Shown here: one piece after another, positions 10,597 through 19,762 of the stretch | Position numbering within the stretch: position 1 is the first letter of the stretch | Layout of the letters: each line of letters opens with the position of its first letter | DNA from: Leptospiraceae bacterium | Lineage (GTDB): Bacteria; Spirochaetota; Leptospiria; Leptospirales; Leptonemataceae | Assembly: GCA_040217195.1 (NCBI GenBank) | Contig: JAVJNR010000004.1 | Location: forward strand, 544,001-608,000 | Direction: 5' to 3' | Length of the DNA: 64,000 nucleotides | The notes under the pieces: model-generated | Told to the model about the DNA's origin: nothing | The model's input: the letters and a program-made list of their open reading frames with translations, nothing else | Databases searched by the model: none | Made by a program: the position numbers and the translations under genes

Positions 10597-11337
10597 ATGG
10601 TGAGCAAGAATAAAACGCAGATCGAAAATGGCCTGGCTCATGCCAGGAAGCTTCAGAATCAACTTCTGGAAATGGACTCCCATATTCAGAAAGGCAATGA
10701 AATCTTAAGAACCGTGCAGGAAAATGCGGCTGAGTTTCTACATACCTTTGAAGGTCCGGCCTATCTAAAATCCAGGCTACAGCGCTTCCTTTCCATCTCG
10801 AACAAGCTCTTGGAACAAGAAAAACAGCAATCCGTGCTGCATTCATCCCTTCGACGACAACTTGAAAAATTTTTGGACCCGGACCTTCTAATGTACTACA
10901 GCCCTGCAGTGAGTCGTAGATTGATATCTGCCTTTGGATCCAGATCGGAGTATTCGCCTGTAGCTCCCCGCCCGGATGAACATAGATGCTTTAGACTGGG
11001 AGACTTCTTCTTCGTAACCAGAGCAGAACCCTTAATGCGAATATCATCGGCAAGGCTGCGAAAGACCGGTCAGAAGCTTCCGCGCAGGGTGCGCACAACC
11101 GAGCATGGTACACTTTCTTTGTTTCCGGGACATCCAGATCATTATCATTCGGATGGACCTTCTTCTTTGATAGTTCTGCAAGGGGAAAAAAAGCTGGGAG
11201 TCTGGGTGGATGAGGAACTGACCCCAATCAACATTGAACCTTATGTAGAAGAAATGGAAGTGAGCCGGCGGGCGCCCTACCCGGTTCGAGGAAGGTTTCG
11301 TAAGCGCGGTCAGCAGTACTATCTTCTGGAGCCTTGA
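10597..11337 (+). CDS. Hypothetical protein (N-terminal coiled coil, possible CheW-like C-terminus)
   Basis: 246-aa ORF with AGGAG RBS; LIVLQGEKKLGVWVDEE resembles a CheW strand motif. Confidence 0.55.
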   Translation: MVSKNKTQIENGLAHARKLQNQLLEMDSHIQKGNEILRTVQENAAEFLHTFEGPAYLKSRLQRFLSISNKLLEQEKQQSVLHSSLRRQLEKFLDPDLLMYYSPAVSRRLISAFGSRSEYSPVAPRPDEHRCFRLGDFFFVTRAEPLMRISSARLRKTGQKLPRRVRTTEHGTLSLFPGHPDHYHSDGPSSLIVLQGEKKLGVWVDEELTPINIEPYVEEMEVSRRAPYPVRGRFRKRGQQYYLLEP

Positions 11338-11455
11338 TACGGCCCTGGCGCTCTCGTAACACCCTCGAGTATTCAGTATTCTACAACAATGGAGGAATCG
11401 GAGTGAACATTGGATTGGAATTCCGGTGCTCTCGAGTTACGGAGCCATAGCTCCA

Positions 11456-11487
11456 GAAAAAAATGGAAAGCGGGGCCCGAAGGCCCC
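11456..11487 (-). terminator. Rho-independent terminator after the MarR gene
   Basis: Minus strand reads GGGGCC-TTCG-GGCCCC then GCTTTCCATTTTTTT, a few nt after the stop codon. Confidence 0.7.
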
Positions 11488-11492
11488 AACTA

Positions 11493-11927
11493 TCAACCGG
11501 CAATCCGGGTTAGAAACTCGTTAAATTCGGTTACATCTTTGGAAAATTGCGAAACACGCGTTTTTCCCCATTCTCGGGCAAGATTGCTCAGCAGACGGTT
11601 TTCATTGTCCAGCAGGCTATCGCCCAGAGTTTTACCTTTCTTTGTAATGGTCAGACGCTTTACACGACGGTCTTCATTATCTGGAGCACTGGTAACCAGT
11701 CCTGCATTCTGAAGGGCTCGAACAGCCTGACTCATAGTCATAGGATCCCTACGGAGCATTTTCCCAAGCTCACCTTGCGAAATACCCTGTTGTTGATCTA
11801 CATGGATTAGGATGGACAGAGCAAGTGTAGATAGTTTTTCTTTTTTGCTCATGCCGTCCCGGATAATGTCCATGGCGCCGCGAAAGGCCGTACCCATCGA
11901 CAACACCAAATCATTAGAAGCACTCAT
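11493..11927 (-). CDS. MarR family transcriptional regulator
   Basis: wHTH signature ISQGELGKML...LQNAGLV...DNEDRRVKRLTITKKG; ATG at 11927 chosen over the upstream TTG. Confidence 0.9.
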   Translation of the reverse strand: MSASNDLVLSMGTAFRGAMDIIRDGMSKKEKLSTLALSILIHVDQQQGISQGELGKMLRRDPMTMSQAVRALQNAGLVTSAPDNEDRRVKRLTITKKGKTLGDSLLDNENRLLSNLAREWGKTRVSQFSKDVTEFNEFLTRIAG

Positions 11928-12089
11928 GTTTCGCAGGAAGAAGCAAAAACCGGGGCTCGTCAATTACAAAATTTATTTTACAAAATTTTCTGAACTTTTT
12001 TAATTCGGGCCCGTCGGGCCCTCTTCACAACTCTGTAACAGAATAGATAGCAAATTCCAACCTTTTGGTAGTTTATACCTTAGAACATG

Positions 12090-13256
12090 CTAACGTTCAC
12101 TGGACGAGATACTCTTCTCGCTTTCGTTCCAGCCCGGGGGAGCTTCTTCAAGCTCCTGCATCCGGCCAAGGAAGCACTTCCATTCCATGTCACACTGATT
12201 GTAAATATCCTGAAAGTATGTTGTCCCGGAATTATAGGCGAGGTAGGACAGAAAATGAGCATTGTTGTAATCTCTTTCGCTCAAAGCCTGCGCATCCAGA
12301 TATTGAAAACCGTGATCCCGGATCCGGGCACGCATACTATCAATTATTTCCCTCTTGCGCTCCAACTTTTCAGCGTCGGAACCATCTCCGGAGTATAGTT
12401 TTTCCAGATCCAGGGCTGTCCGGCGCATCAAATCCCTGAATGCAATTCGTTCCTGTTTGATTGCATTCAGTCGCACCATCCTGGAACCGTCTGTATCCCG
12501 GGACTGGATATATGCCCTGGAGCCCTCCTCCTCCACAAAGGAGGCCAGGGATTCGTTGAAACTCACCGATCCTGGAATCCACACTGTGGCATGCACAGCC
12601 TCATGAATGACCAGCCGGATCAATCCATAGTTGGAATAAGCAAGTTGAGATGAAAGTAAGGGATCATCAAACCAGCCCAGAGTAGAGTAACCGGCCACGT
12701 CCTGAACCACAACATCCAGACCCTGCTGCTCCAGGTTCCGTCCATGGGCTTCTGCCTCTTCTCGAGAAAAGAAACCCAGGTAGGGTACCGAGCCAACTAT
12801 GGGAAACCAGTAGGTATGGGCTTCAAGAGCCAGAGCCCGGGCAGCCACCACATTGTACGCAGCTGCATCCCGGCTTATCCGGGAGAAGTACTGAAAGGAT
12901 TCCCCGGTATTCAGAAACAGCTCCGACCGGGCAAAGGATTGGACTTCAAGAACCAGTTCCAGCTTCTTTCGGGTCTCCGAGTCCAGGTCAGGATCGGCCA
13001 GAACCTCGGAAATGGGCCGACGATTGCAGAGAATGTCCAGCTGACCGGAAGCTGCATTCCAGAGATAGAAGGGTGAGCCGGTGACACAGGAGGAAAAGCT
13101 GCCCAGAAGCAGCAAAGAACTCAGAAAAAGGCCAGCAAAGCCCCAGAAGAGCCACCGAAGGCACTTTTTTGCCTGGATTGGAGACCCTTTTGACAGTGAA
13201 TTCGACCGAGTTCCGGCTACCTGGCCCCTTCTTTCCATTGACAATGCATCCCCCAC
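12090..13256 (-). CDS. Putative zinc aminopeptidase lipoprotein (DUF2265-like)
   Basis: HExxH (IHEAVH), [35 protein letters not shown]; lipobox-like Cys. Confidence 0.85.
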   Translation of the reverse strand: MGDALSMERRGQVAGTRSNSLSKGSPIQAKKCLRWLFWGFAGLFLSSLLLLGSFSSCVTGSPFYLWNAASGQLDILCNRRPISEVLADPDLDSETRKKLELVLEVQSFARSELFLNTGESFQYFSRISRDAAAYNVVAARALALEAHTYWFPIVGSVPYLGFFSREEAEAHGRNLEQQGLDVVVQDVAGYSTLGWFDDPLLSSQLAYSNYGLIRLVIHEAVHATVWIPGSVSFNESLASFVEEEGSRAYIQSRDTDGSRMVRLNAIKQERIAFRDLMRRTALDLEKLYSGDGSDAEKLERKREIIDSMRARIRDHGFQYLDAQALSERDYNNAHFLSYLAYNSGTTYFQDIYNQCDMEWKCFLGRMQELEEAPPGWNESEKSISSSER

Positions 13257-13320
13257 CGAAAAAATAGGATATCAAGATAAATTGATGCCTTTTGCAGGCA
13301 CAACTCAACAGGGGTATTAC

Positions 13321-14487
13321 ATGTCATTGAAAAATTTTCAATTCACGTCCGAATCCGTATCGGAAGGTCACCCGGATAAGGTATCAGACCAGATTTCCGA
13401 CGCTATCCTGGACGCGTACCTGGCTGGAGATCCGAAAAGCCGTGTTGCTTGCGAGACTCTGACCACTACAGATTTCATCTGCGTTGCTGGCGAAGTAACT
13501 TCCAAGACCAATGTAGATGTGGAAAAGATTGCCCGGGAAGTAACCCGCGATATCGGCTATACACACGACGATATTGGCTTTAACAGCGCAACAGCCGAAG
13601 TTCTGGTAAAACTGCATGCTCAGTCTCCAGACATTTCCCAGGGTGTATCGGAAGGTGAAGGACTTCACCTGGACCAGGGAGCTGGCGACCAGGGACTGAT
13701 GTTCGGCTTTGCCTGTAAGGAAACTCCCAGCCTGATGCCTATGCCAATTGATCTGTCCCATAAACTGGTTCAGTATCTGGCCGAGCTACGGCACAACGGA
13801 ACTATCAAAGAAGTTCTACCGGACTCTAAAAGTCAGGTAACCATCGACTACCGAGATGGTAAGCCTCATCAGGTAAATACGGTAGTTATCTCTACTCAGC
13901 ACCTGGCGGACCTGGAGCACAAAAAACTGGAAGAAATGATGATCGAACTGGTCATCAAGAAGGTTATCCCCGCAGAAATGCTGACTAAAGATACCAAGTA
14001 TCTGATTAATCCCACCGGCCGATTTGTAATCGGTGGCCCCCACGGAGATTGTGGGCTAACAGGACGAAAGATCATCGTAGACACCTACGGCGGATATGGA
14101 CGTCACGGTGGTGGCGCTTTCTCGGGCAAAGACCCATCCAAAGTGGACCGCTCCGCAGCTTACATGGCCCGCTACGCAGCCAAGAATGTAGTGGCCGCAG
14201 GTCTGGCTGAGCGATGTGAAGTGCAGCTTTCCTATGCTATTGGATATCCGGAGCCTACTTCCGTTCTGGTGGACACCTTCGGTACAGGTACCATGGACGA
14301 TGATAAGATCGCGCAGAAAGTAAGAGACGCTTTTGATTTTCGACCCGGCGGCATTGTGAAGGAGCTGGAGCTTCTGGATCCTAAAGGTAGAACCTACCTG
14401 GATACAGCGGCCTATGGTCACTTCGGACGGGAAGGTAAAACCTTTACCTGGGAAAAAACTGACCGAGTGGATGCGCTGAAAGGTTAA
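13321..14487 (+). CDS. metK: S-adenosylmethionine synthetase
   Basis: [19 protein letters not shown] and GGGAFSGKD signatures; probable start MSLKNFQF at 13321. Confidence 0.98.
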   Translation: MSLKNFQFTSESVSEGHPDKVSDQISDAILDAYLAGDPKSRVACETLTTTDFICVAGEVTSKTNVDVEKIAREVTRDIGYTHDDIGFNSATAEVLVKLHAQSPDISQGVSEGEGLHLDQGAGDQGLMFGFACKETPSLMPMPIDLSHKLVQYLAELRHNGTIKEVLPDSKSQVTIDYRDGKPHQVNTVVISTQHLADLEHKKLEEMMIELVIKKVIPAEMLTKDTKYLINPTGRFVIGGPHGDCGLTGRKIIVDTYGGYGRHGGGAFSGKDPSKVDRSAAYMARYAAKNVVAAGLAERCEVQLSYAIGYPEPTSVLVDTFGTGTMDDDKIAQKVRDAFDFRPGGIVKELELLDPKGRTYLDTAAYGHFGREGKTFTWEKTDRVDALKG

Positions 14488-14539
14488 TTCACGATTCAGA
14501 ACCCTGGATTTCGGTGTCTCTGTGGGACGAGAAATCCAG

Positions 14540-14586
14540 AAAAGAGCGCTCTTCTGCCAAAACGGTAGGGAGCGCTTTTTTGTTTT
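14540..14586 (+). terminator. Rho-independent terminator after metK (possibly bidirectional)
   Basis: AAAAGAGCGCTCTTCTGCC-AAAAC-GGTAGGGAGCGCTTTTTT hairpin with a U-tract; a second hairpin (CTGGATTTC...GAAATCCAG) lies just upstream. Confidence 0.75.
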
Positions 14587-14669
14587 GGACGCCAAAAGGG
14601 CCTCAGGAAGCTTAGCTATTGTATCCTGGTATCGCCTCCGGGATTAGTTCAGTCACAGGTATTCTAACA

Positions 14670-15605
14670 TTGGAAAAGAAAGCGACCAGAGATGGATATG
14701 GCCAGGCTCTAAAGGAGCTGGGAGAACAGAGAAAGGATGTTGTTGTTCTGGATGCGGACCTATCTGGTTCTACTAAAACCAACGTATTTGCCAAAGCCTT
14801 TCCAGAGAGATTCTATAACGTAGGCGTTGCAGAACAAAATCTGGTAGGAATGGCTGCAGGATTCGCATTAAGTGGTCTGATTCCTTTCGCATCCAGTTTT
14901 GCCATGTTTCTGGCCGGTAGAGCCTGGGAAATTGTTAGAAACTCCGTGGCCTACCCGGGCCTGAATGTAAAGCTGGTTGCCTCCCATGCAGGTATAACTG
15001 TAGGCGAGGACGGCGCAAGCCATCAGATAATCGAAGATATTGCACTGATGCGCGCCATTCCAGAAATGCAGGTATTCGTTCCGTCCGACTATAATGAAAC
15101 GATTGCTATCATCAAAGCTGTTGTGGAATTCAAAGGTCCCTGCTATGTGCGATGCGGACGAGCCGCAGTACCTCTTATTGAGCGAAAGGCCGATTATGCC
15201 TTTGAGCCCGGAAGAGGAGAACTTCGCAGAGACGGAAAGGATATCACAATCGTTGCCTGCGGTGTAATGGTGCAGGAAGCAGAAGAAGCGGCAGCACTTC
15301 TTGAAAAATCCGGTATCGATGCAGCTGTGATCAACATGGCATCTATTAAACCCCTGGATGAAGAGCTTCTTATTAAATATGCTAAAAAAACCGGGCTTGT
15401 AATTACCGCAGAGGAGCACAATATCCTTGGTGGCCTGGGCTCTGCAGTGGCAGAAACTCTATCGGAGAAGCATCCAGTTTCGGTGCATCGAATTGGCATC
15501 AAAGATAAGTTTGGTCAGAGTGGCGAAGCAGGCAAGTTAATGGATTATTATGAGCTTCGCGCAAAGAATATCGAATCGTTGGCCAAAAAACTTCTAAATA
15601 AATAG
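14670..15605 (+). CDS. Transketolase C-terminal (pyrimidine-binding) subunit
   Basis: [41 protein letters not shown]; probable TTG start at 14670. Confidence 0.92.
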   Translation: MEKKATRDGYGQALKELGEQRKDVVVLDADLSGSTKTNVFAKAFPERFYNVGVAEQNLVGMAAGFALSGLIPFASSFAMFLAGRAWEIVRNSVAYPGLNVKLVASHAGITVGEDGASHQIIEDIALMRAIPEMQVFVPSDYNETIAIIKAVVEFKGPCYVRCGRAAVPLIERKADYAFEPGRGELRRDGKDITIVACGVMVQEAEEAAALLEKSGIDAAVINMASIKPLDEELLIKYAKKTGLVITAEEHNILGGLGSAVAETLSEKHPVSVHRIGIKDKFGQSGEAGKLMDYYELRAKNIESLAKKLLNK

Positions 15606-15697
15606 ACTCCTGAAATATGTATACCGGAGGACTACTCCGAGTTATTGGTCGGAAAACCTGGAAGCTTACGTGACAGGTGATTCAAATAGACCGAAAT

Positions 15698-17539
15698 TCA
15701 CTTATCTTTGACTACGAAGTTATCATCTTCCAGACGAAACTCCATTCGATCGTTTCGATAATTTTCAAAGGTGCCACGGGCTTCATAAATGGCTTCTGTT
15801 TCTCCGGCTCCCATATAGGTCATCCGATCCAGAGGCCAGTAATTGCCCTGAAACTCCTGGAAAATCGTATAGGCCATCTCCTCGGTACGCTCCAGATTCT
15901 CCTCTTCGCGTCCGGCGATGGCACTGTGACATTCAACCCTTAAGAAGTATCTCTGATGGCGATCGATGCGGGACAGTACAGCGGCCACCACCTCCTCTCC
16001 ACGGGAATTGATAACACCTTCTTCATCGAAGTAATTTCTGTTCGGGAATCTGGCTACAAGCTCTACTCCACCCTCTTTGATGGGACGCAGAACGACTCCG
16101 GTGGTAATTGTGCTGCCTTCATAGGTACGAATAACTCCAGCTCCATTTCTTATACTGAGCACAGGTACGATGGTTTCATAGGATTCCAGTTCTCGCCCCT
16201 GATATCCGGTGCCATCCCACAGAATACTGGAAGGTAGTAGACCTTTTCCTTCGAAAGCCATAAACACTTCTTTGAGCTCCGGATGGGATTCAGATACAAT
16301 GACCAGAGACAGGGTCCAATCTTCCACAGGCACCGGACCGGAAAACGATGTCTCCATAGTCAATTCGTCATCGATAAAGTCCGAGTCCGGAGTGAAGGTG
16401 CTGCTGGATACAGAAAGTGAAGGTCTGGTACCGGATTGGTCTAGATAGAACTCAAACTCCGGCGATATTACACGACGACCGCCACGATCCATTACCACTC
16501 TGGCTCTATAGTAACCTTCCGAAAGATCATTGCTACCTTTCCAGGTGAATCTTGCAGGAATCCGTGAGCTGCCCCCTTCGCGAAAAACAACGTCTCCACC
16601 GGAATCGAGAATTTGAAATTCATAACCGCTCACGGACAATCCACCGCTTACTGATACAGTTTCCAGACCAAGGGTTGGTCCCTGAGGAGAATAGTAGCGA
16701 TTTCCTCGAAGCACAATGTCGGGGGCCCCGGCCGTTACATAGAGTCCATGCTCCTCTACCCTGCGAACATTTCCCGCTGCATCACGAACTATCAACCGGT
16801 AGCCATAATTTCCAGGATCCACAGCGGAGCCGCCCGGTTCTCTTCCGTTCCAGGAAATGGATGCGGGCAACCTGTCTTCCCATTCCCTTTGCTCAATTAT
16901 ATCTCCCTGCGGGGTCAGTATCTGCCCGGTGAATCGATAACCGGAACCGGCCGGCGATCGCTGTATTATAGTCATTTCCCCCCTGGGCTGAAGAATGCTT
17001 CCATCCGAGGCAATGGGGCGCACAAGCACAGGAGCCGTGGCGGCCAGGGTCACCCGTGGCTTGTCTGTACTCACACGAACTCTGTAGTCTTGATTGATAT
17101 AACCGCCGGACTTGAATTCTCCCTGAAGGGAAAGCCTGTAGTTGCCATCCCTCACCGGTTTTCCGTCCCGTCCCCGGCCATTCCAGTAGATGCGGGACGG
17201 CAGCACCGGCGACTGAAGGTCATATTTTCCTGGCAGAAATAGATTCCCCACCCCTCTGGATGGCCGAATCTTCCGCCGGTCCGCATTGATCTGTCGAACT
17301 ATAGTGCCATCCGAATCCCGAATTGTAAGTACCCAATCACTGGTATATAGAGGGGATTCACTGGACCGTACATTTATCCAGACATAGTCCTGAAAACCAT
17401 CGCCATCGGGAGAGAATTCTGCGTAACTGAGAGAAACATCCACCCTGGGTGCAGCCGGCAATGCGGTTACAGCCAGGAGAATGAGTCCCAGGGCCCGGCC
17501 CTTAATTGATTTGAAACCGGATGACTCTGTACTTCTCAT
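15698..17539 (-). CDS. Exported protein with repeated FlgD-Ig-like domains and a C-terminal OmpA-like domain
   Basis: Signal peptide; FSPDGDG / FTPDSD motifs; repeated W(N/D/K)G motifs; C-terminal VECHS...NLERTEE...GAGE...NDRMEF resembles degenerate OmpA_C. Confidence 0.7.
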   Translation of the reverse strand: MRSTESSGFKSIKGRALGLILLAVTALPAAPRVDVSLSYAEFSPDGDGFQDYVWINVRSSESPLYTSDWVLTIRDSDGTIVRQINADRRKIRPSRGVGNLFLPGKYDLQSPVLPSRIYWNGRGRDGKPVRDGNYRLSLQGEFKSGGYINQDYRVRVSTDKPRVTLAATAPVLVRPIASDGSILQPRGEMTIIQRSPAGSGYRFTGQILTPQGDIIEQREWEDRLPASISWNGREPGGSAVDPGNYGYRLIVRDAAGNVRRVEEHGLYVTAGAPDIVLRGNRYYSPQGPTLGLETVSVSGGLSVSGYEFQILDSGGDVVFREGGSSRIPARFTWKGSNDLSEGYYRARVVMDRGGRRVISPEFEFYLDQSGTRPSLSVSSSTFTPDSDFIDDELTMETSFSGPVPVEDWTLSLVIVSESHPELKEVFMAFEGKGLLPSSILWDGTGYQGRELESYETIVPVLSIRNGAGVIRTYEGSTITTGVVLRPIKEGGVELVARFPNRNYFDEEGVINSRGEEVVAAVLSRIDRHQRYFLRVECHSAIAGREEENLERTEEMAYTIFQEFQGNYWPLDRMTYMGAGETEAIYEARGTFENYRNDRMEFRLEDDNFVVKDK

Positions 17540-17600
17540 AATAATGCTGTCCCTGCGCTCAAGGATTGGGCGGCCCTAGATGCTGTAAAGCGATTGTGAT

Positions 17601-18878
17601 ATGGAAGCAACCAGGCCATTTATACAAACAGATATTCGAATTCTCGAAGATTATTCCCTCCCCGAATCGCAGAATCGTGCGCAATTATCCGGGGCTGCTG
17701 CGGGCAGTCCGCAACTTGCGGGCAAACTTCCATCCACGGATGAGAAGGTAGTAGTGGCCATGTCCGGAGGCGTGGACAGTGCAGTAGCCGCTCTTGCCTT
17801 GATGCAGGATGGCTACCAGGTCACCGGAGTAAACCTTAGAGTGTGGGAATATGAAGAGTCCTGCGATCCGCGTAAAAAATCATGCTGTAGCCCGGAGGAT
17901 ATTCGGGATGCCCGGGATGTGGGACTGCAGCTGGAAATGCCTTTTTACGTCATTCGAATGGAAGAGGTATTTAACGAAAAGGTCATGGATCGATTCGTAA
18001 AGGATTATGCTTCGGGTCGCACGCCCAATCCCTGCGTGGAATGCAATACCTTTGTTAAGTTTGGATCGTTATTTGAACAGGCCAGCGCTCTGGGTATAGA
18101 CTGGATAGCCACAGGCCACTATGCTCGTACCTTTCGCACAGCGGAGGGTCGATGGGCCATTCGAGAAGGAGTGGATGAAAAAAAGAACCAGGCCTACTAT
18201 TTATATGGCCTGGACCAATCTGCCATCGAGCATACAATTTTTCCACTTGGAGATAGAATCAAGCCAGATGTTCGAGCCTTTGCCAGTGAAGCCGGGCTTT
18301 CCATTGCAGAAAAGGAAGAGTCCCAGGAAATCTGCTTTGTGCCGGATAATGATTATCGCAATTTCCTGCGAAAAAGAGGATTGAGTTTCCAGCAAGGATA
18401 CTTCAAAGATACATCCGGGCGAATCCTGGGAAAGCATAAAGGCAAAGAAAACTTCACGGTAGGGCAACGCAGGGGACTGGGAATTTCCTGGAAAGAGCCC
18501 CTGTATGTGATTTCAATTGAGGAAAACGGAGATGTAATTCTGGGACCGGTATCGGAAACCAGAAGTCACCATTTTGTTGTAGAACAGATTAATTTCCAGG
18601 GCCTGAATCCGGAAAGATTCTTCAAAGATTATTCGAATCAGGACCTGGAAGTAAGAGTGCAGGTGCGCTACAGATCAGCGCCAGTGAAGGCCAGAATACG
18701 TTATCTGGATCAAAGGAATGAACTTGCAGCCAATGGTCAGCCTGTGGGTCATCGAATTTCTGTAGAATGCCTGGAAGATGTATTCAGCATCACTCCAGGG
18801 CAGAGCGCCGTAATCTATCCATCCCGGGAAAGTGCAATCTCAGACATAGTTCTGGCAGGCGGAATAATCGCACGTTAA
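17601..18878 (+). CDS. mnmA: tRNA-specific 2-thiouridylase MnmA
   Basis: AMSGGVDS, GRTPNPCVECN, ATGHYA, ESQEICF, TVGQRRGLG, TPGQSAV. Confidence 0.97.
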   Translation: MEATRPFIQTDIRILEDYSLPESQNRAQLSGAAAGSPQLAGKLPSTDEKVVVAMSGGVDSAVAALALMQDGYQVTGVNLRVWEYEESCDPRKKSCCSPEDIRDARDVGLQLEMPFYVIRMEEVFNEKVMDRFVKDYASGRTPNPCVECNTFVKFGSLFEQASALGIDWIATGHYARTFRTAEGRWAIREGVDEKKNQAYYLYGLDQSAIEHTIFPLGDRIKPDVRAFASEAGLSIAEKEESQEICFVPDNDYRNFLRKRGLSFQQGYFKDTSGRILGKHKGKENFTVGQRRGLGISWKEPLYVISIEENGDVILGPVSETRSHHFVVEQINFQGLNPERFFKDYSNQDLEVRVQVRYRSAPVKARIRYLDQRNELAANGQPVGHRISVECLEDVFSITPGQSAVIYPSRESAISDIVLAGGIIAR

Positions 18879-18923
18879 GCCCAAACACGGAATTAAGGAC
18901 TTTATTCGCTTACCGGTCTAACT

Positions 18924-19544
18924 TTACTTTTGCGCTTCCAGTTCTATTTCCATCAGTCGCGCCACTTCACCATCCATTTCGTTTCCTTTCTGTAATTGCT
19001 TGATTACTCTTCTTCGCCTCTCTTCGGAATGATTCTGACTGAGCTTGGCCTTTCCTTCCAGAAGATCAACCTTCAGGCGAAAGCATCGAACTCCGCTTAG
19101 CATTTTTTCCATGTACGGGTTTTCCCAGTCTATGCTCCAGGCAGATGGATCTAATTCGTATTTGCTTACAGTTGCATCCATTATCTCCTGCATAGAATTC
19201 GAATCTTCCACAGGCTCGAGAACTCCGGATGCATGAATGGCTATATAATTCCAGGTAGGTACCGAGTTGGACTGCTCATACCAGGATGGCGAAATATAGG
19301 CATGGGGTCCCTGAAATACAGCCATGGCCCTTCCAGCGCTCGGATGAGGGTTCGCACCGGCCACATGAAACAATAGCTCCAGTTCAGTTTCAGAAGATTT
19401 TTCTGGGTCCTTTATTATGAAGGGAATATGAGTTATTTCCGGTCCCGACTCCGAGCAAGAAATAAGCATTCCAAAACTATGCGAGCGGATGAATTCCAGC
19501 GCAATGGCTGGATTCTGAATCTTAAAATAAGATGGAATGTACAT
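18924..19544 (-). CDS. PaiB-like FMN-binding protein
   Basis: MYIPSYF start; GPHAYISPSWY, VPTWNY and KLSQN motifs. Confidence 0.9.
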   Translation of the reverse strand: MYIPSYFKIQNPAIALEFIRSHSFGMLISCSESGPEITHIPFIIKDPEKSSETELELLFHVAGANPHPSAGRAMAVFQGPHAYISPSWYEQSNSVPTWNYIAIHASGVLEPVEDSNSMQEIMDATVSKYELDPSAWSIDWENPYMEKMLSGVRCFRLKVDLLEGKAKLSQNHSEERRRRVIKQLQKGNEMDGEVARLMEIELEAQK

Positions 19545-19762
19545 TATTGTGTTTTCCTGCCGGTTCGATTGTCTGCCCGTTATTCTATGCCTGGAGGCTG
19601 CGACGCTGTGATTACCTGTCAATTATAGATGTAGCCCCGGAGTTTCAAAAATCATTTAGTTTTCGACATGGACTTTTTAGAATGAAAATATGCAACCGGA
19701 TGCGAATTAGACTTCATTGATTTAGACTTCATTAATATGGAACAATTAAGCCTGGATTCGAA

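Noticed and set aside
12007..12021. GGGCCC-GTC-GGGCCC hairpin as terminator of the aminopeptidase gene
   Set aside because: There is no U-tract on the minus strand after the stem.
13081..13320. 80-aa N-terminal extension of MetK in the ORF track
   Set aside because: It overlaps the divergent aminopeptidase gene; MetK homology begins at ATG 13321.
13257..13320. SAM riboswitch upstream of metK
   Set aside because: The gap is only about 64 nt and no SAM-I/II consensus elements or terminator were recognised.
14670..15605. Transketolase C-terminal half as a pseudogene
   Set aside because: The ORF is intact, and split two-subunit transketolases are common; the partner gene may lie elsewhere.
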